From the IMG/VR virus record IMGVR_UViG_3300010160_000025, positions 1-64,000 of that record: DNA of 64,000 nucleotides; one strand, 5' to 3'. Shown here piece after piece: positions 12,101 to 21,597 of this stretch. The notes beneath the pieces are model-generated. The model ran no database searches. It saw only the letters and a program-made list of their open reading frames with translations, and was not told where the DNA came from. The translations under genes were made by a program, and so were the position numbers. Position 1 is the stretch's first letter; the number at the start of each line of letters is the position of its first letter. The stretch comes from a virus.

Positions 12101-12538
12101 TTATGGTTTTTCAGGCCAGCGAACTTCCCATGGGAATGTCAGTTGATTTGGTACATCTCTTAAGTCTGCTCTATACCCCTGAAACGCTATCTGTTTTTCG
12201 CTAGATAATCTCGTTTGTCCCGCTGGAGTTTCAGTCCAATCAGATGCGATTAATAGTTGATCGCGTTTTTCGCGAATTTCGGCTTCAAGCTCTTCTTGCT
12301 CTTTAGGCTGAGTTTGAAAACTGCCCATGCCGTGACTAAGTTCTCCGTACTCGCCAGCTTGTAACTTTTCTAACAGAGCTTTAGAAAACTCGTTACGTGC
12401 TCGTTTCCATGCTACGAATTCTACCGGGTTGGAGCATCCTTTAAATAGAACATGGCACCAAATAGTGTCTACAACACCGGTCATATGTTCTCTTACTGGA
12501 ACTTCAACTACATCATCAATTGTGAATACTTTTACCAT
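12101..12538 (-). CDS. Phage tail (fibre) assembly chaperone-like protein
   Basis: C-terminal REKRDQLLIASDWT...YRADLRDVPNQLTFPWEVRWPEKP is typical of Tfa/tail assembly chaperones. Confidence 0.8.
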   Translation of the reverse strand: MVKVFTIDDVVEVPVREHMTGVVDTIWCHVLFKGCSNPVEFVAWKRARNEFSKALLEKLQAGEYGELSHGMGSFQTQPKEQEELEAEIREKRDQLLIASDWTETPAGQTRLSSEKQIAFQGYRADLRDVPNQLTFPWEVRWPEKP

Positions 12539-12565
12539 AATATCTCCGTAAATAACTTTACTGTG

Positions 12566-12573
12566 TATTTATA
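12566..12573 (-). promoter_or_regulatory. Late promoter TATAAATA
   Basis: Perfect T4 late consensus 27 nt before ATG 12538, overlapping the upstream stop codon; GGAG SD follows. Confidence 0.7.
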
Positions 12574-13231
12574 CTTTGTATTTATGTTTCCAACCAATTC
12601 CCGGTCGGTTATCAAATGCAAATTTAGGATAAAAAGGACCGTTTTTATCAATATAGTGAAAAAATGCTTGAACTTGATAGCTACCCGGAGAGGCAACAAA
12701 CGGATCTCTCCAATGCTCAACATCACACCCTCTATAAACTATGATATCGCCCGGATTTTGTTTGATACATTGTCCAGGGTTATTTCCGCTAATAAATTCC
12801 CCGTTTGGTCCAAAACTTACTTTTGTAGATTCTTTATCAACGTACATGCCCCAGTTATAACTAGGATCAGAAACTATATAATTATTGCCAAGGCATACTG
12901 TTGTACTAATTTCGCAACTCTCTCGGTCTTTGTGTCGTTTTAGATCTGCACCAGGGCGATATACTCGATAATAGGTATACGTAGGACACAGAGATAACCC
13001 TGTATTTTTTTCCATAATGGGTAACAAGAAGTGAAGTAGTGTTTCCATTAAGGTATCAGAGTAAACAGAATGAACTCCTGCTACTTGTGCGTCTGCGCCT
13101 TCGGGAGTAAACTCACATTCTTCTTTTAACAAAGCATATTTGGTTGCTACTCTGCATATGTCGGCAGGTAATACTGATTTTAAATCCAAATAACTGTCTT
13201 GTTTAAATTGTTCAGGGTTTGTCATTTCCAT
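12569..13231 (-). CDS. 2OG-Fe(II) oxygenase-fold protein (HKDR.SCEIS family)
   Basis: PTYTYYRVY..LKRHKDRESCEISTTV..YRGCDVEHWR..QAFFHY; start 13231 preferred (AGGA SD). Confidence 0.75.
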   Translation of the reverse strand: MEMTNPEQFKQDSYLDLKSVLPADICRVATKYALLKEECEFTPEGADAQVAGVHSVYSDTLMETLLHFLLPIMEKNTGLSLCPTYTYYRVYRPGADLKRHKDRESCEISTTVCLGNNYIVSDPSYNWGMYVDKESTKVSFGPNGEFISGNNPGQCIKQNPGDIIVYRGCDVEHWRDPFVASPGSYQVQAFFHYIDKNGPFYPKFAFDNRPGIGWKHKYKV

Positions 13232-14007
13232 GGTTTTCCTAAATTCCAACACACTAGACTAAATCTAGTACCCTTTGTAACCGGCGTTACTTGGTGATGT
13301 ACATGTGAAGGGAATACTACTATAGATCCTTTTGGTCTTATTTCTGTGCATAAATGATATCGGTCAGGACGGTGAGGACCAAGATCAAATCGTAGATTAC
13401 CTCCAGAATACTGTGCCGGATCGTTAAGACTAACAGTAACACTTAGTTTTCTAATTTTACCTACCATTTGTTGATTGGTTGTTCGATGAAACTCTTCGGG
13501 CATTTCTGCGCCGCCCATGTCAATCATTGGTGTGCCGTCTTGATTTTTATGAATAGCATGAATCTCAGGATCAAAATTGTCATAAACGTGTTCATTAGCA
13601 TCAGTGTGCCAGCCATAAAATTGACCTTTACTATATTTTGTAAACTGAAAATTCTCAGTATAATCCCAATCAAAATTCCACCCTGCGCTAGCATTCGCTT
13701 TATGTATATACGGCCATATCAGTTGGTATAATGACGGATCATCTAAAAACGTCACATTTGAATCTCTAACATAAACTGATGCAGGATCTATCTTTTTTTT
13801 CTGTAGACCAGATACTGTATGGTCCTGTACAGGGACTGTACTATTTTCATTTTTTTGTCTCCAGCCGCCCACTGTTGCATTAGTGATATCTTTTCCAAAT
13901 GTTTCTTCTTGGTCGGCCATCTTATTAAGACCAATTTCAATAATTTGATCGCAAACCTCAGGCGGAATAGCCGAAATAAAAAACCAATAATAGTATTTTA
14001 AAATCAC
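13222..14007 (-). CDS. Prolyl-4-hydroxylase/PKHD-type 2OG-Fe(II) oxygenase
   Basis: QFTKY..YGWHTD..RKLSVTV..GG.L.F..VFPSHVHHQVTPVTKGTRFSLVCW. Confidence 0.88.
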   Translation of the reverse strand: MILKYYYWFFISAIPPEVCDQIIEIGLNKMADQEETFGKDITNATVGGWRQKNENSTVPVQDHTVSGLQKKKIDPASVYVRDSNVTFLDDPSLYQLIWPYIHKANASAGWNFDWDYTENFQFTKYSKGQFYGWHTDANEHVYDNFDPEIHAIHKNQDGTPMIDMGGAEMPEEFHRTTNQQMVGKIRKLSVTVSLNDPAQYSGGNLRFDLGPHRPDRYHLCTEIRPKGSIVVFPSHVHHQVTPVTKGTRFSLVCWNLGKPWK

Positions 14008-14615
14008 TTAAACAAAGCTCCGTGTACACTACCAATGATGAATTTTGCATTGCCTTTTGTAATTTTATTAATTTTAAATGCAGTGTATGATGGAAATACC
14101 AAACAAACACCCCTATCATTAATGCCGGCATTTTTGGTGTCTACATTTAAAAATTCAATCTCGCCGCCATCGTATTCAGTTGGATCGGTTAGATTAATAA
14201 TAAACGTTAGTTTTCTAGAAGGAGCCATTGGGTTTAATTCCATGTGCCAGTTATACTCATCGCCTTCTGAATATTTAAAAATTTGTGGAAAATCTTGATC
14301 TATGATTCCAAGCAAGTTAAAATCATATACATTATCGTTGGCATCTTTAGTAACTGTTCTAATATCTAAAAATGGAAAACCCTGTACATCTCCACGAAGT
14401 TTTTGTCTACTTGCTGAATGTAATGCTTTGTCCCCAACTACTTTGGTGGGCAACCATAGTTCCTCAATACAGCTATTTAAAATAGTATCGCACTGCTCAG
14501 GAGTAAAGACATCTGATTTATTAACGGATACAATATCTAAAGAGGCAAGTTTGGCAGTTACTGCGTAGTCTGTGAACTGGTCGGTATTACTTAGTTCTAA
14601 ATTTTCGTCTGACAT
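14004..14615 (-). CDS. Degenerate PKHD-type oxygenase paralogue (probable pseudoenzyme)
   Basis: Same scaffold (YNWHME, RKLTFII, EYDGGEIEF, VFPSY) but distal His replaced by Phe and the 2OG-binding Arg is absent. Confidence 0.7.
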   Translation of the reverse strand: MSDENLELSNTDQFTDYAVTAKLASLDIVSVNKSDVFTPEQCDTILNSCIEELWLPTKVVGDKALHSASRQKLRGDVQGFPFLDIRTVTKDANDNVYDFNLLGIIDQDFPQIFKYSEGDEYNWHMELNPMAPSRKLTFIINLTDPTEYDGGEIEFLNVDTKNAGINDRGVCLVFPSYTAFKINKITKGNAKFIIGSVHGALFK

Positions 14616-14640
14616 AAAGTCACTCCTGTAAAATATATTG

Positions 14641-14699
14641 TACTTATCTGTATTGATCTGGGGGAGAAATATTTTTGACTTATTGCATATACATAAATA
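14641..14699. promoter_or_regulatory. Divergent late-type promoters (GATAAGTA on -, 14641-14648; CATAAATA on +, 14692-14699)
   Basis: Both motifs lie 25-26 nt upstream of the respective start codons. Confidence 0.6.
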
Positions 14700-14725
14700 T
14701 TTTTATTAACTACAAGGGATATTAA

Positions 14726-16279
14726 ATGCATATTGTTATAGTAGGAGGCGGAACCGCTGGTTGGGCAACAGCTCTATTAACAGCTAGTCGACATCCAAAT
14801 CACCAAATTACAGTAATTGAGTCTTCAAAAATTGGCATTATAGGAGTTGGTGAAAGCACCACTGGAAGATTGACAGATGTGCTGACTAATTTTATCTACG
14901 ATTTAGGCTGCGACCATGACGAATTTATCGTTGAGACTGGTGCTACCTTAAAATATGCAATCAAACACAAGGGATGGACCAGCGACATAGACGATTATTA
15001 TATTGGGCCAATCGACGGATCTTGGACCAAAGACAGCATTCCAGACCCTATGTTTAACTGGGGTATTAATAATTTAACCGATAAAGAACTGATAAATGTA
15101 TCGCAATGTGGTTTTTGGATTGACCAAGGCATGTCAAACTTCAATAAAGATAATGTGTTTGATAATTCTAGACATGCAATGCACGTAGATGCACATCTTG
15201 TGGGGAAATATTTTAAAAAAGTATGTTTAAGAAACAACAATGCTAGGCATATTGACAGCCAAGTACTAGATGTAAATCTACATCCCGAAAGCGGAGTTAT
15301 CGAATCTGTAGTTCTGCAAAATGGTGACACAATCAACGGCGATTTTTTCATTGACTGTTCTGGATTTAATAAAGTGTTGATGAATAAGTTAGGCGGTAAG
15401 TGGGTCAGCTATCAAGACAATTTACCAGTCAACACAGGACTACCATTCCAGTTAAAATATCTTGACGGAGAAATGCCAGAATCCTATACCACTGCATGGG
15501 CACAGAGTGCAGGATGGATGTGGCAAATTCCCCTGATGGATCGCAAAGGCTGCGGTTATGTGTTTGACGATAGATTTACAACTCCCGAAAAAGCACAGGA
15601 CGAGATTGAAATGCGTCTTGGTAGAAAAATAGATCCTATCAAAGTTATAAAGTTTAATACCGGCAGACAAGAATCTGCATGGATTAAAAACTGTATAACC
15701 ATTGGACTAAGTAGTGCATTTTTAGAACCATTAGAAGCTACATCTATTCATACAACAATAGTACAAGCACAGTGGTTTGTGTTTGAGTATCTAAAAGGTA
15801 CCGTAGAAGAAACTATAAACGAAGGTTCACGACGATTATACAATCAGCGTACTCGTACTATTTTTGACGATACTCGTGATTTTCTAGTAATGCATTACAT
15901 GGGCAATCGACGCGATAGTGAGTTTTGGAAGTACATTGGAACAGGAGCAACTAAAACTGAGTTTGTAGAAAATTTAATGTTATCAGCTAAAACAAAAATG
16001 CCAACTGCCGCAGATTTTCCGCAGTATAGTGGAAGTGCAGGTTGGGCGTTATACAGTTATGTAATGGCTGGTTTAAATTTACTAAACAAGAAAGGTGCAT
16101 GGGATAACGAGATGAGTCACAAGTTACCAAAGTACGGAGAATTGCGTTCATTATCTACAGAGATGCATTATAATATGCAAGACTTATGGACGTCTGAGAT
16201 GAAAAATAGACATTCATATAATGATTTTATAAAACATTTTAGACAACTACGGAAACAATATGGCTTTTCAGATATCTAA
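14726..16279 (+). CDS. Flavin-dependent (tryptophan-halogenase family) halogenase 1
   Basis: GGGTAG, GVGEST, ATLK (catalytic Lys), FIDCSGF, GWMWQIP, FLEPLEATSI. Confidence 0.9.
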   Translation: MHIVIVGGGTAGWATALLTASRHPNHQITVIESSKIGIIGVGESTTGRLTDVLTNFIYDLGCDHDEFIVETGATLKYAIKHKGWTSDIDDYYIGPIDGSWTKDSIPDPMFNWGINNLTDKELINVSQCGFWIDQGMSNFNKDNVFDNSRHAMHVDAHLVGKYFKKVCLRNNNARHIDSQVLDVNLHPESGVIESVVLQNGDTINGDFFIDCSGFNKVLMNKLGGKWVSYQDNLPVNTGLPFQLKYLDGEMPESYTTAWAQSAGWMWQIPLMDRKGCGYVFDDRFTTPEKAQDEIEMRLGRKIDPIKVIKFNTGRQESAWIKNCITIGLSSAFLEPLEATSIHTTIVQAQWFVFEYLKGTVEETINEGSRRLYNQRTRTIFDDTRDFLVMHYMGNRRDSEFWKYIGTGATKTEFVENLMLSAKTKMPTAADFPQYSGSAGWALYSYVMAGLNLLNKKGAWDNEMSHKLPKYGELRSLSTEMHYNMQDLWTSEMKNRHSYNDFIKHFRQLRKQYGFSDI

Positions 16280-16916
16280 TATTAAAGATGAGATCTTAGT
16301 AGTTGAGAATGTTGTTCCGCTACAATTACAAGATGCTATTATAGAAAGAGTACAAGGTGATCAGCATTTTCCCTGGTTCTTGTTGCATAGGATAGGGCAT
16401 CCTGATTATTTTGGGCCTGGTACAACACCTAACTATGCAGATTCCAATATCACAGACGATGTTGGGTTTTTTCACATGGCGTTTGATGGCAACGCCGCGA
16501 GCCCGCATTATGACTTTTTTAGATCTATATTAGATTTTTTTGCGGAAAAGGTAGATATCAAAATTAAAAATATACTTAGAATAAGATTGCGATATACTCA
16601 CAAAGGACAACATCACTCCAATAGCAAGTATTCAGCGCCACACGTTGATTTTAACACAGGTCAGCCATATTATACACTAGTGTATTATGTGGCCAACAGT
16701 GACGGGGATACTATTATCTTTGATAAGATTTTTCACCCTGAGCAAGAAGTATACGATCCAGCATTTGCCGATCCACTCCCTGAGCTGTTAAGAGTCACTC
16801 CTAAAAAAGGTTCTGGTTTATTTTTTAACGGTCATCGATATCATTCCGGAAACTATCCAATTGACTACAGTTCTAGAATAGTCATTAACTTTGATTTTGA
16901 AATCACGAAAAATTAA
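16260..16916 (+). CDS. 2OG-Fe(II) oxygenase-fold protein
   Basis: FPWF, RIRLR, PHVD, SDGDT, FNG.RYHSG..P..RIVINF. Confidence 0.78.
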   Translation: MAFQISNIKDEILVVENVVPLQLQDAIIERVQGDQHFPWFLLHRIGHPDYFGPGTTPNYADSNITDDVGFFHMAFDGNAASPHYDFFRSILDFFAEKVDIKIKNILRIRLRYTHKGQHHSNSKYSAPHVDFNTGQPYYTLVYYVANSDGDTIIFDKIFHPEQEVYDPAFADPLPELLRVTPKKGSGLFFNGHRYHSGNYPIDYSSRIVINFDFEITKN

Positions 16917-17520
16917 AAGATAGTGATACTCGGCGGTCGTCTTCGTCTGTTGTCATATTTTGTTCTACATAATGACTGAGATGGCCGGGAAATAATATTA
17001 ACATTCCTTCCGCTGGTACAAACCAATGTTCTGTATTAGTTCTACTGTTGTTAGTGTTTAACTTTTCATCGTAGATAATTTTAGTTAAAAAATTCATTCT
17101 GTCAGCTTCATTTTGTGCCCGTGTAAAATATATATTTCCACTATCTTTAGGAACTTTTAAGTAGTACACTCCACTAATAAAAGAAGAGCCGTGAGTATGT
17201 TCTCGGTTATATGTATATTTTGGATTTACATTATACCAATAACTAATTTTATCAGGTGAACAGGGTAGTTGCCAAGATTTAATAACTATTTTTGCGGCGG
17301 GAACTATATATTTTTCAAAAAGTTGCATTACGGGGTAGTTATCATAGTTGGGATTCCCCATCGCCAATGACTGCCACCCGCCAACATTACTTCTAATATT
17401 TCCCGGACTAGTTTGTTGCATTTGAAAGATGCTGTCAGTAATGCCCTGATTGTCCACTCCTTTTAAATAAGTAGTAAAGCAGGAAGAAACAAATAGTAAA
17501 TTTTCTTGTAGTGTAGTCAT
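16903..17520 (-). CDS. 2OG-Fe(II) oxygenase, TIGR02466-like (HxH)
   Basis: SNVGGWQS, WYNVN, EHTH..SGVYY, FPGHLSHYV, RVSLSFN; start 17520 chosen because it lies just after the late motif. Confidence 0.82.
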   Translation of the reverse strand: MTTLQENLLFVSSCFTTYLKGVDNQGITDSIFQMQQTSPGNIRSNVGGWQSLAMGNPNYDNYPVMQLFEKYIVPAAKIVIKSWQLPCSPDKISYWYNVNPKYTYNREHTHGSSFISGVYYLKVPKDSGNIYFTRAQNEADRMNFLTKIIYDEKLNTNNSRTNTEHWFVPAEGMLILFPGHLSHYVEQNMTTDEDDRRVSLSFNFS

Positions 17521-17525
17521 GAAAA

Positions 17526-17533
17526 TATTTATA
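17526..17533 (-). promoter_or_regulatory. Late promoter TATAAATA (overlapping TATAAACA on + strand)
   Basis: Perfect consensus 5 nt before ATG 17520 in a 29-nt divergent gap. Confidence 0.65.
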
Positions 17534-17549
17534 AACATCGGCCTTTAAA

Positions 17550-19022
17550 ATGAACAAACTTGAAAAGATATCAATCATCGGTGGCGGCACGGCTGGCTTT
17601 GTTGCAGCCTTGATTTTAAAGACTAGATTCCCTCAAAAAACTATAGAAGTTATACGATCTACAAAAATTGGTATCATTGGTGTAGGCGAGGGCAGTACTG
17701 AACATTGGACAGAGTTTGTAAACTATATCGGTGTTAATCCCCGTGCAGTAATCTCCCATTGCGATGCTACATTTAAATCTGGAATTATGTTTAAGGGGTG
17801 GGGGAAGCACGACTACTTACATAGTATAGGCCCAGAATCTGATATTAGAAACGGGCAATACCAAGCAGTATACGGTAAACTAATATCAGAAGGTGCACCA
17901 AAAGAGCTGTTTAATCCAAGCCTTGCATGGCAGAATAGAATATTTGAACATCAGCTAGATCCAAATGAAATTTTACCCTACAATCAGTTTCATTTTAACA
18001 CTAACAAGCTGAACGAGTTTCTCACAACCGTGGCTAAACTAAAAGATATTAATGTTATAGATGATGAAATCGTTGATATTGAACTAAATGATCAAGGCGA
18101 AATTAAAAAAGTAATAGGAGAAAAACAATCCTACGAAGCAGATTTTTACATTGACAGTACAGGTTTTAAAAAAATATTAATTTCTAAGTTAGGTGCTAAA
18201 TGGCAAAGTTATAGTGAATATTTAAAAATGAATTCTGCTATAGTATTTCCAATAGAGGACACAGAAGAGTATAATATGTGGACTGTGGCGCAGGCAATGG
18301 ACTATGGCTGGATGTTTAAAATACCAGTTTGGGGACGTAGCGGCAATGGTTATATATTTGACAGTAACTATATCACACCGCAACAGGCCCAGGAAGAAGT
18401 TGAAAAGTTTCTAGGACACTCTATCACTGTTGGTAAACATTTGACATTTGATCCGGGCGCTTTAGATCAAGTATGGATCAAAAACTGCTGTGCTATTGGA
18501 CTAAGTGCAAGTTTTGTAGAACCGTTAGAAGCAACTAGTATTGGCTCAAGTATTCAACAATCATTTTTATTAATGCATCGTTTACCGAACTATAATGAAA
18601 AAACTATAAAAAGATATAACAAGGATGTTTCTGATATATTGACCAATATACGAGATTTTGTTATTCTTCATTATATAACCAATAGAAACGATACAGATTT
18701 TTGGAAAGATGTTGCTAAAATAAAACTTCCCGATAGCTTATCTGAGAATTTAGAAAAGTGGCGCAACAATCTGCCTATAGCAGAAGACTTTCGCGGAACA
18801 ACTGATTATGTCATGTTTAGAGAATCGCACTACATACATGTTCTCAACGGATTACGATTGTTTAATCAAGAAAATATTCGTCGAGAATATAAGATGCAAG
18901 CTCTTAAAATACAAGAGTGGGCCGACAGTGTAGTTAGAGAAAAACAAACATTTGAAAAACTCCACCCAAGTATTGGGCATAAAGAGTTTATAGGGCGCAC
19001 ACGTAATCTAGTTAAAAAATAA
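17550..19022 (+). CDS. Flavin-dependent halogenase 2
   Basis: GGGTAG, GVGEGS, CDATFKSGI, YIDSTGF, GWMFKIP, FVEPLEATSI. Confidence 0.88.
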   Translation: MNKLEKISIIGGGTAGFVAALILKTRFPQKTIEVIRSTKIGIIGVGEGSTEHWTEFVNYIGVNPRAVISHCDATFKSGIMFKGWGKHDYLHSIGPESDIRNGQYQAVYGKLISEGAPKELFNPSLAWQNRIFEHQLDPNEILPYNQFHFNTNKLNEFLTTVAKLKDINVIDDEIVDIELNDQGEIKKVIGEKQSYEADFYIDSTGFKKILISKLGAKWQSYSEYLKMNSAIVFPIEDTEEYNMWTVAQAMDYGWMFKIPVWGRSGNGYIFDSNYITPQQAQEEVEKFLGHSITVGKHLTFDPGALDQVWIKNCCAIGLSASFVEPLEATSIGSSIQQSFLLMHRLPNYNEKTIKRYNKDVSDILTNIRDFVILHYITNRNDTDFWKDVAKIKLPDSLSENLEKWRNNLPIAEDFRGTTDYVMFRESHYIHVLNGLRLFNQENIRREYKMQALKIQEWADSVVREKQTFEKLHPSIGHKEFIGRTRNLVKK

Positions 19023-19634
19023 TACTTGATTAATACGATGTATATTAAAAAATTCATTGGATGAAATATCCATCCCATGTAAAAATTTTGCGCCGTCAAA
19101 CATTATTAGTCGATTAAACTTTCCATCTAACTGTTTTATAATTTTATATTTGTTTTTTGGACGCCAGGGTGCAAAATGCTCAGGCGTATCCCACTCGTCT
19201 AGAGCAATCTGCTCGTATAGGTTGGTAACTCCCCCGCTGGCATTTAAATATATAATAGCATTATAACCCAGATCTCGATGCGGGCCCCAATAGTTATTTT
19301 TATAGTCGTTAAATTCTGTATCAATAAACTTAATGCAGTTTGTGTTAACTGTTCCAGGAGATCTTAGTGGTTGATTGCATATTATTGATAGCCCTATGCT
19401 AATTTCCTTAAACTGTTCATTATAAAAATTATGTCGACGATCTGTAAAATGTATATTATTAAATGATGGCGTTTCTTTTTCTTTCCAAAGTTTGGCAGGC
19501 TCTGTTAGAAACAAATAAGATAATAACTCATCTGGATATTTGTAAAAATCATCCATGATATATATGTTGGAGTCTTGAAACTTTTCTACTGTTATATTTT
19601 CAAGATTGTTAGTTTCAAAAATTTTATTTAACAT
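19008..19634 (-). CDS. 2OG-Fe(II) oxygenase-fold protein
   Basis: DDFYKYPD, PHRD, IIYLN, KFNRLIMF..FLHG..RINQV. Confidence 0.7.
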   Translation of the reverse strand: MLNKIFETNNLENITVEKFQDSNIYIMDDFYKYPDELLSYLFLTEPAKLWKEKETPSFNNIHFTDRRHNFYNEQFKEISIGLSIICNQPLRSPGTVNTNCIKFIDTEFNDYKNNYWGPHRDLGYNAIIYLNASGGVTNLYEQIALDEWDTPEHFAPWRPKNKYKIIKQLDGKFNRLIMFDGAKFLHGMDISSNEFFNIHRINQVLFFN

Positions 19635-19635
19635 G

Positions 19636-20217
19636 CTAATTAAAGTTCATTGCTATCGATATTCGATTCTCAGTATTTGTTCCAGGTTCTACCATGTGAC
19701 GAAGGTATGATCTAAAAATTAATAAAGATCCAACTTTAGGAGGATATCCTATTCTTGAAAAACTCAACTGGTTTCTTGAGGGTATATTTTTTATAGGGCA
19801 CATGTCAGGTTCTTTAGGATCTTCAAAAACAATTTCGCCTGACCCTTCAGGCGCACTAACATAATATACTGCACTGAAAACAGATCCATTGTGTGTGTGA
19901 AATTCTTGAAAGTTTTTTCCGGTAGATACATTTGCCCATGCGCCACCGTTTATATAGGATCCAGTTGACCCGTGCATTTTTGAAAATTCGTATATATGCT
20001 CAGTAACTGCGACTATCAGCGGTTTGAAAAGCGGATCAGTTCTTAAATCATAGGTACAGTGTGTATTGTACGTGTCACCGATCCATCCGTCGCCGCCATT
20101 GGGAATGGTTTCTTGCAATTTTAGTATAGCAGTTTCCCATATTTTATTTTGTTCCTTTGTGAATAAATCAGATTGATGATATATTGCCACTGGAAACCAT
20201 AATGCTACTTCAGCCAT
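19636..20217 (-). CDS. 2OG-Fe(II) oxygenase, TIGR02466-like (HxH)
   Basis: WFPVAIY, WANV, FHTH..SAVYY, FEDP, FRSYLRHMV, RISIAMN. Confidence 0.82.
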   Translation of the reverse strand: MAEVALWFPVAIYHQSDLFTKEQNKIWETAILKLQETIPNGGDGWIGDTYNTHCTYDLRTDPLFKPLIVAVTEHIYEFSKMHGSTGSYINGGAWANVSTGKNFQEFHTHNGSVFSAVYYVSAPEGSGEIVFEDPKEPDMCPIKNIPSRNQLSFSRIGYPPKVGSLLIFRSYLRHMVEPGTNTENRISIAMNFN

Positions 20218-20244
20218 TTTTATCCGCCCATATATTATTTTGAG

Positions 20245-20922
20245 TCATGCATATATCTCATATATTGGATAGTTTGCGTTTTTTTTAAAAACTGTAAAAC
20301 TATTTTGTATTTTTTTGTGCGGTTCTACAAACGTTATCATTTCAAACTCGTCACTTAGCTTGTTTTTTAGTTTAATCTCTGCTAAAAACAAGCGACCAAA
20401 AGCATTACCTGCTGTACTATGTATGATTATAATGCCACCAGGTAGTAACTGTTTGTAGGCACAATCAAACAAGTAAGCATACTCGGCGCCACTGCCAAAG
20501 TCTAACCAAATAAAGTCATATTTGTTGTGCTGAGTACTTATAGTTTTTAAAAACTCAAGACCTTCGTCAGTAACAAACTCAACTAATGTGTTTAAGTTTT
20601 CTTGTTTTAATATTTCAGGAACATCGTCAACTGCATAATCTTGATTAAATGTATCAACAACGGTAAATTTAGGATTATATCTGTTTTCCATAAACGCATT
20701 ATCTTTGTTGTTTATAAAAAATTCGTTGGGTTGTTTACTGTAATCTTCTTTTTTGATATCGTCGATTGCCTTTGCTAAAAATAAAGTTGAGTATCCTGCA
20801 CCAATTTCTAATATATTTTGAGGACGACAGCATCTAATCATTGAATACAAAAATACAGAAACTTCTTCTGTTAAGAAGTTTTTTGATAAAAGTTCAGTGT
20901 ATCGTGTATTGATTAATGACAT
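20245..20922 (-). CDS. Class I SAM-dependent methyltransferase (O-methyltransferase-like)
   Basis: ILEIGAGYST, YDFIWLD, LLPGGIIIIH. Confidence 0.8.
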   Translation of the reverse strand: MSLINTRYTELLSKNFLTEEVSVFLYSMIRCCRPQNILEIGAGYSTLFLAKAIDDIKKEDYSKQPNEFFINNKDNAFMENRYNPKFTVVDTFNQDYAVDDVPEILKQENLNTLVEFVTDEGLEFLKTISTQHNKYDFIWLDFGSGAEYAYLFDCAYKQLLPGGIIIIHSTAGNAFGRLFLAEIKLKNKLSDEFEMITFVEPHKKIQNSFTVFKKNANYPIYEIYA

Positions 20923-20923
20923 G

Positions 20924-21505
20924 TTATAGGGGTTCTAAGTTAATATTAAGTATTACTCGTCTATTACTATTGATTGGATTACTAGCAGTATGATATCTAA
21001 GTCCGTTAAATGCTATTAGCCTATTTGCCTTAGGTGAAATACGTTGTTTAGTAGTAAATGTTGTTGGCCTATCCAATATTGTAAATTGTTGATTAAAAAA
21101 CCAAGTATCGCCATCAGAGTCGTTAAGATAAAAGATTAATACATCGTGGGGACACGGGTAATCTACATGTGGAATATTATAATTTTCAGATGTAAATCCA
21201 ACCTTTGGAGTTTTTTGACTTAGTCTAGCTCTCACTAGATGATCCCTTGTGTATCCTAATTCGTCTTCTAACCGGGCCATAAAAATATCAAGCCATTTAT
21301 ATGTAAAACTCTCAATACCAGATTGTCGGTCATATATTATATGGTGCAGGCCGTCTGTTTCAATGGCCATTGGATCTATTACATGATTTTCTTCGGGAGC
21401 GATTGATACCGTTTCAGCATAGAACCATGGAAACTCTTCGCTAAGAACCGCGCGGTGCCATCGATTAAAGTCGTCCAGTGGCAAAAAATTATCTATTATG
21501 TGCAT
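20924..21505 (-). CDS. 2OG-Fe(II) oxygenase-fold protein
   Basis: IIDNFL, FPWFY, PHVD, YLNDSDGDT, FNGLRYHTASNP, RVILNIN. Confidence 0.8.
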   Translation of the reverse strand: MHIIDNFLPLDDFNRWHRAVLSEEFPWFYAETVSIAPEENHVIDPMAIETDGLHHIIYDRQSGIESFTYKWLDIFMARLEDELGYTRDHLVRARLSQKTPKVGFTSENYNIPHVDYPCPHDVLIFYLNDSDGDTWFFNQQFTILDRPTTFTTKQRISPKANRLIAFNGLRYHTASNPINSNRRVILNINLEPL

Positions 21506-21512
21506 AGTTTAA

Positions 21513-21554
21513 TATTTATAAAATATTTTGTGGGGCTGTAAAAAAATATAAGTA
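21513..21554. promoter_or_regulatory. Divergent late promoters (TATAAATA on -, 21513-21520; TATAAGTA on +, 21547-21554)
   Basis: Consensus and one-mismatch motifs in a divergent intergenic gap. Confidence 0.65.
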
Positions 21555-21597
21555 CTACTATGAATCACTGTATACTTGCTATTATTTAGGATCCAAA

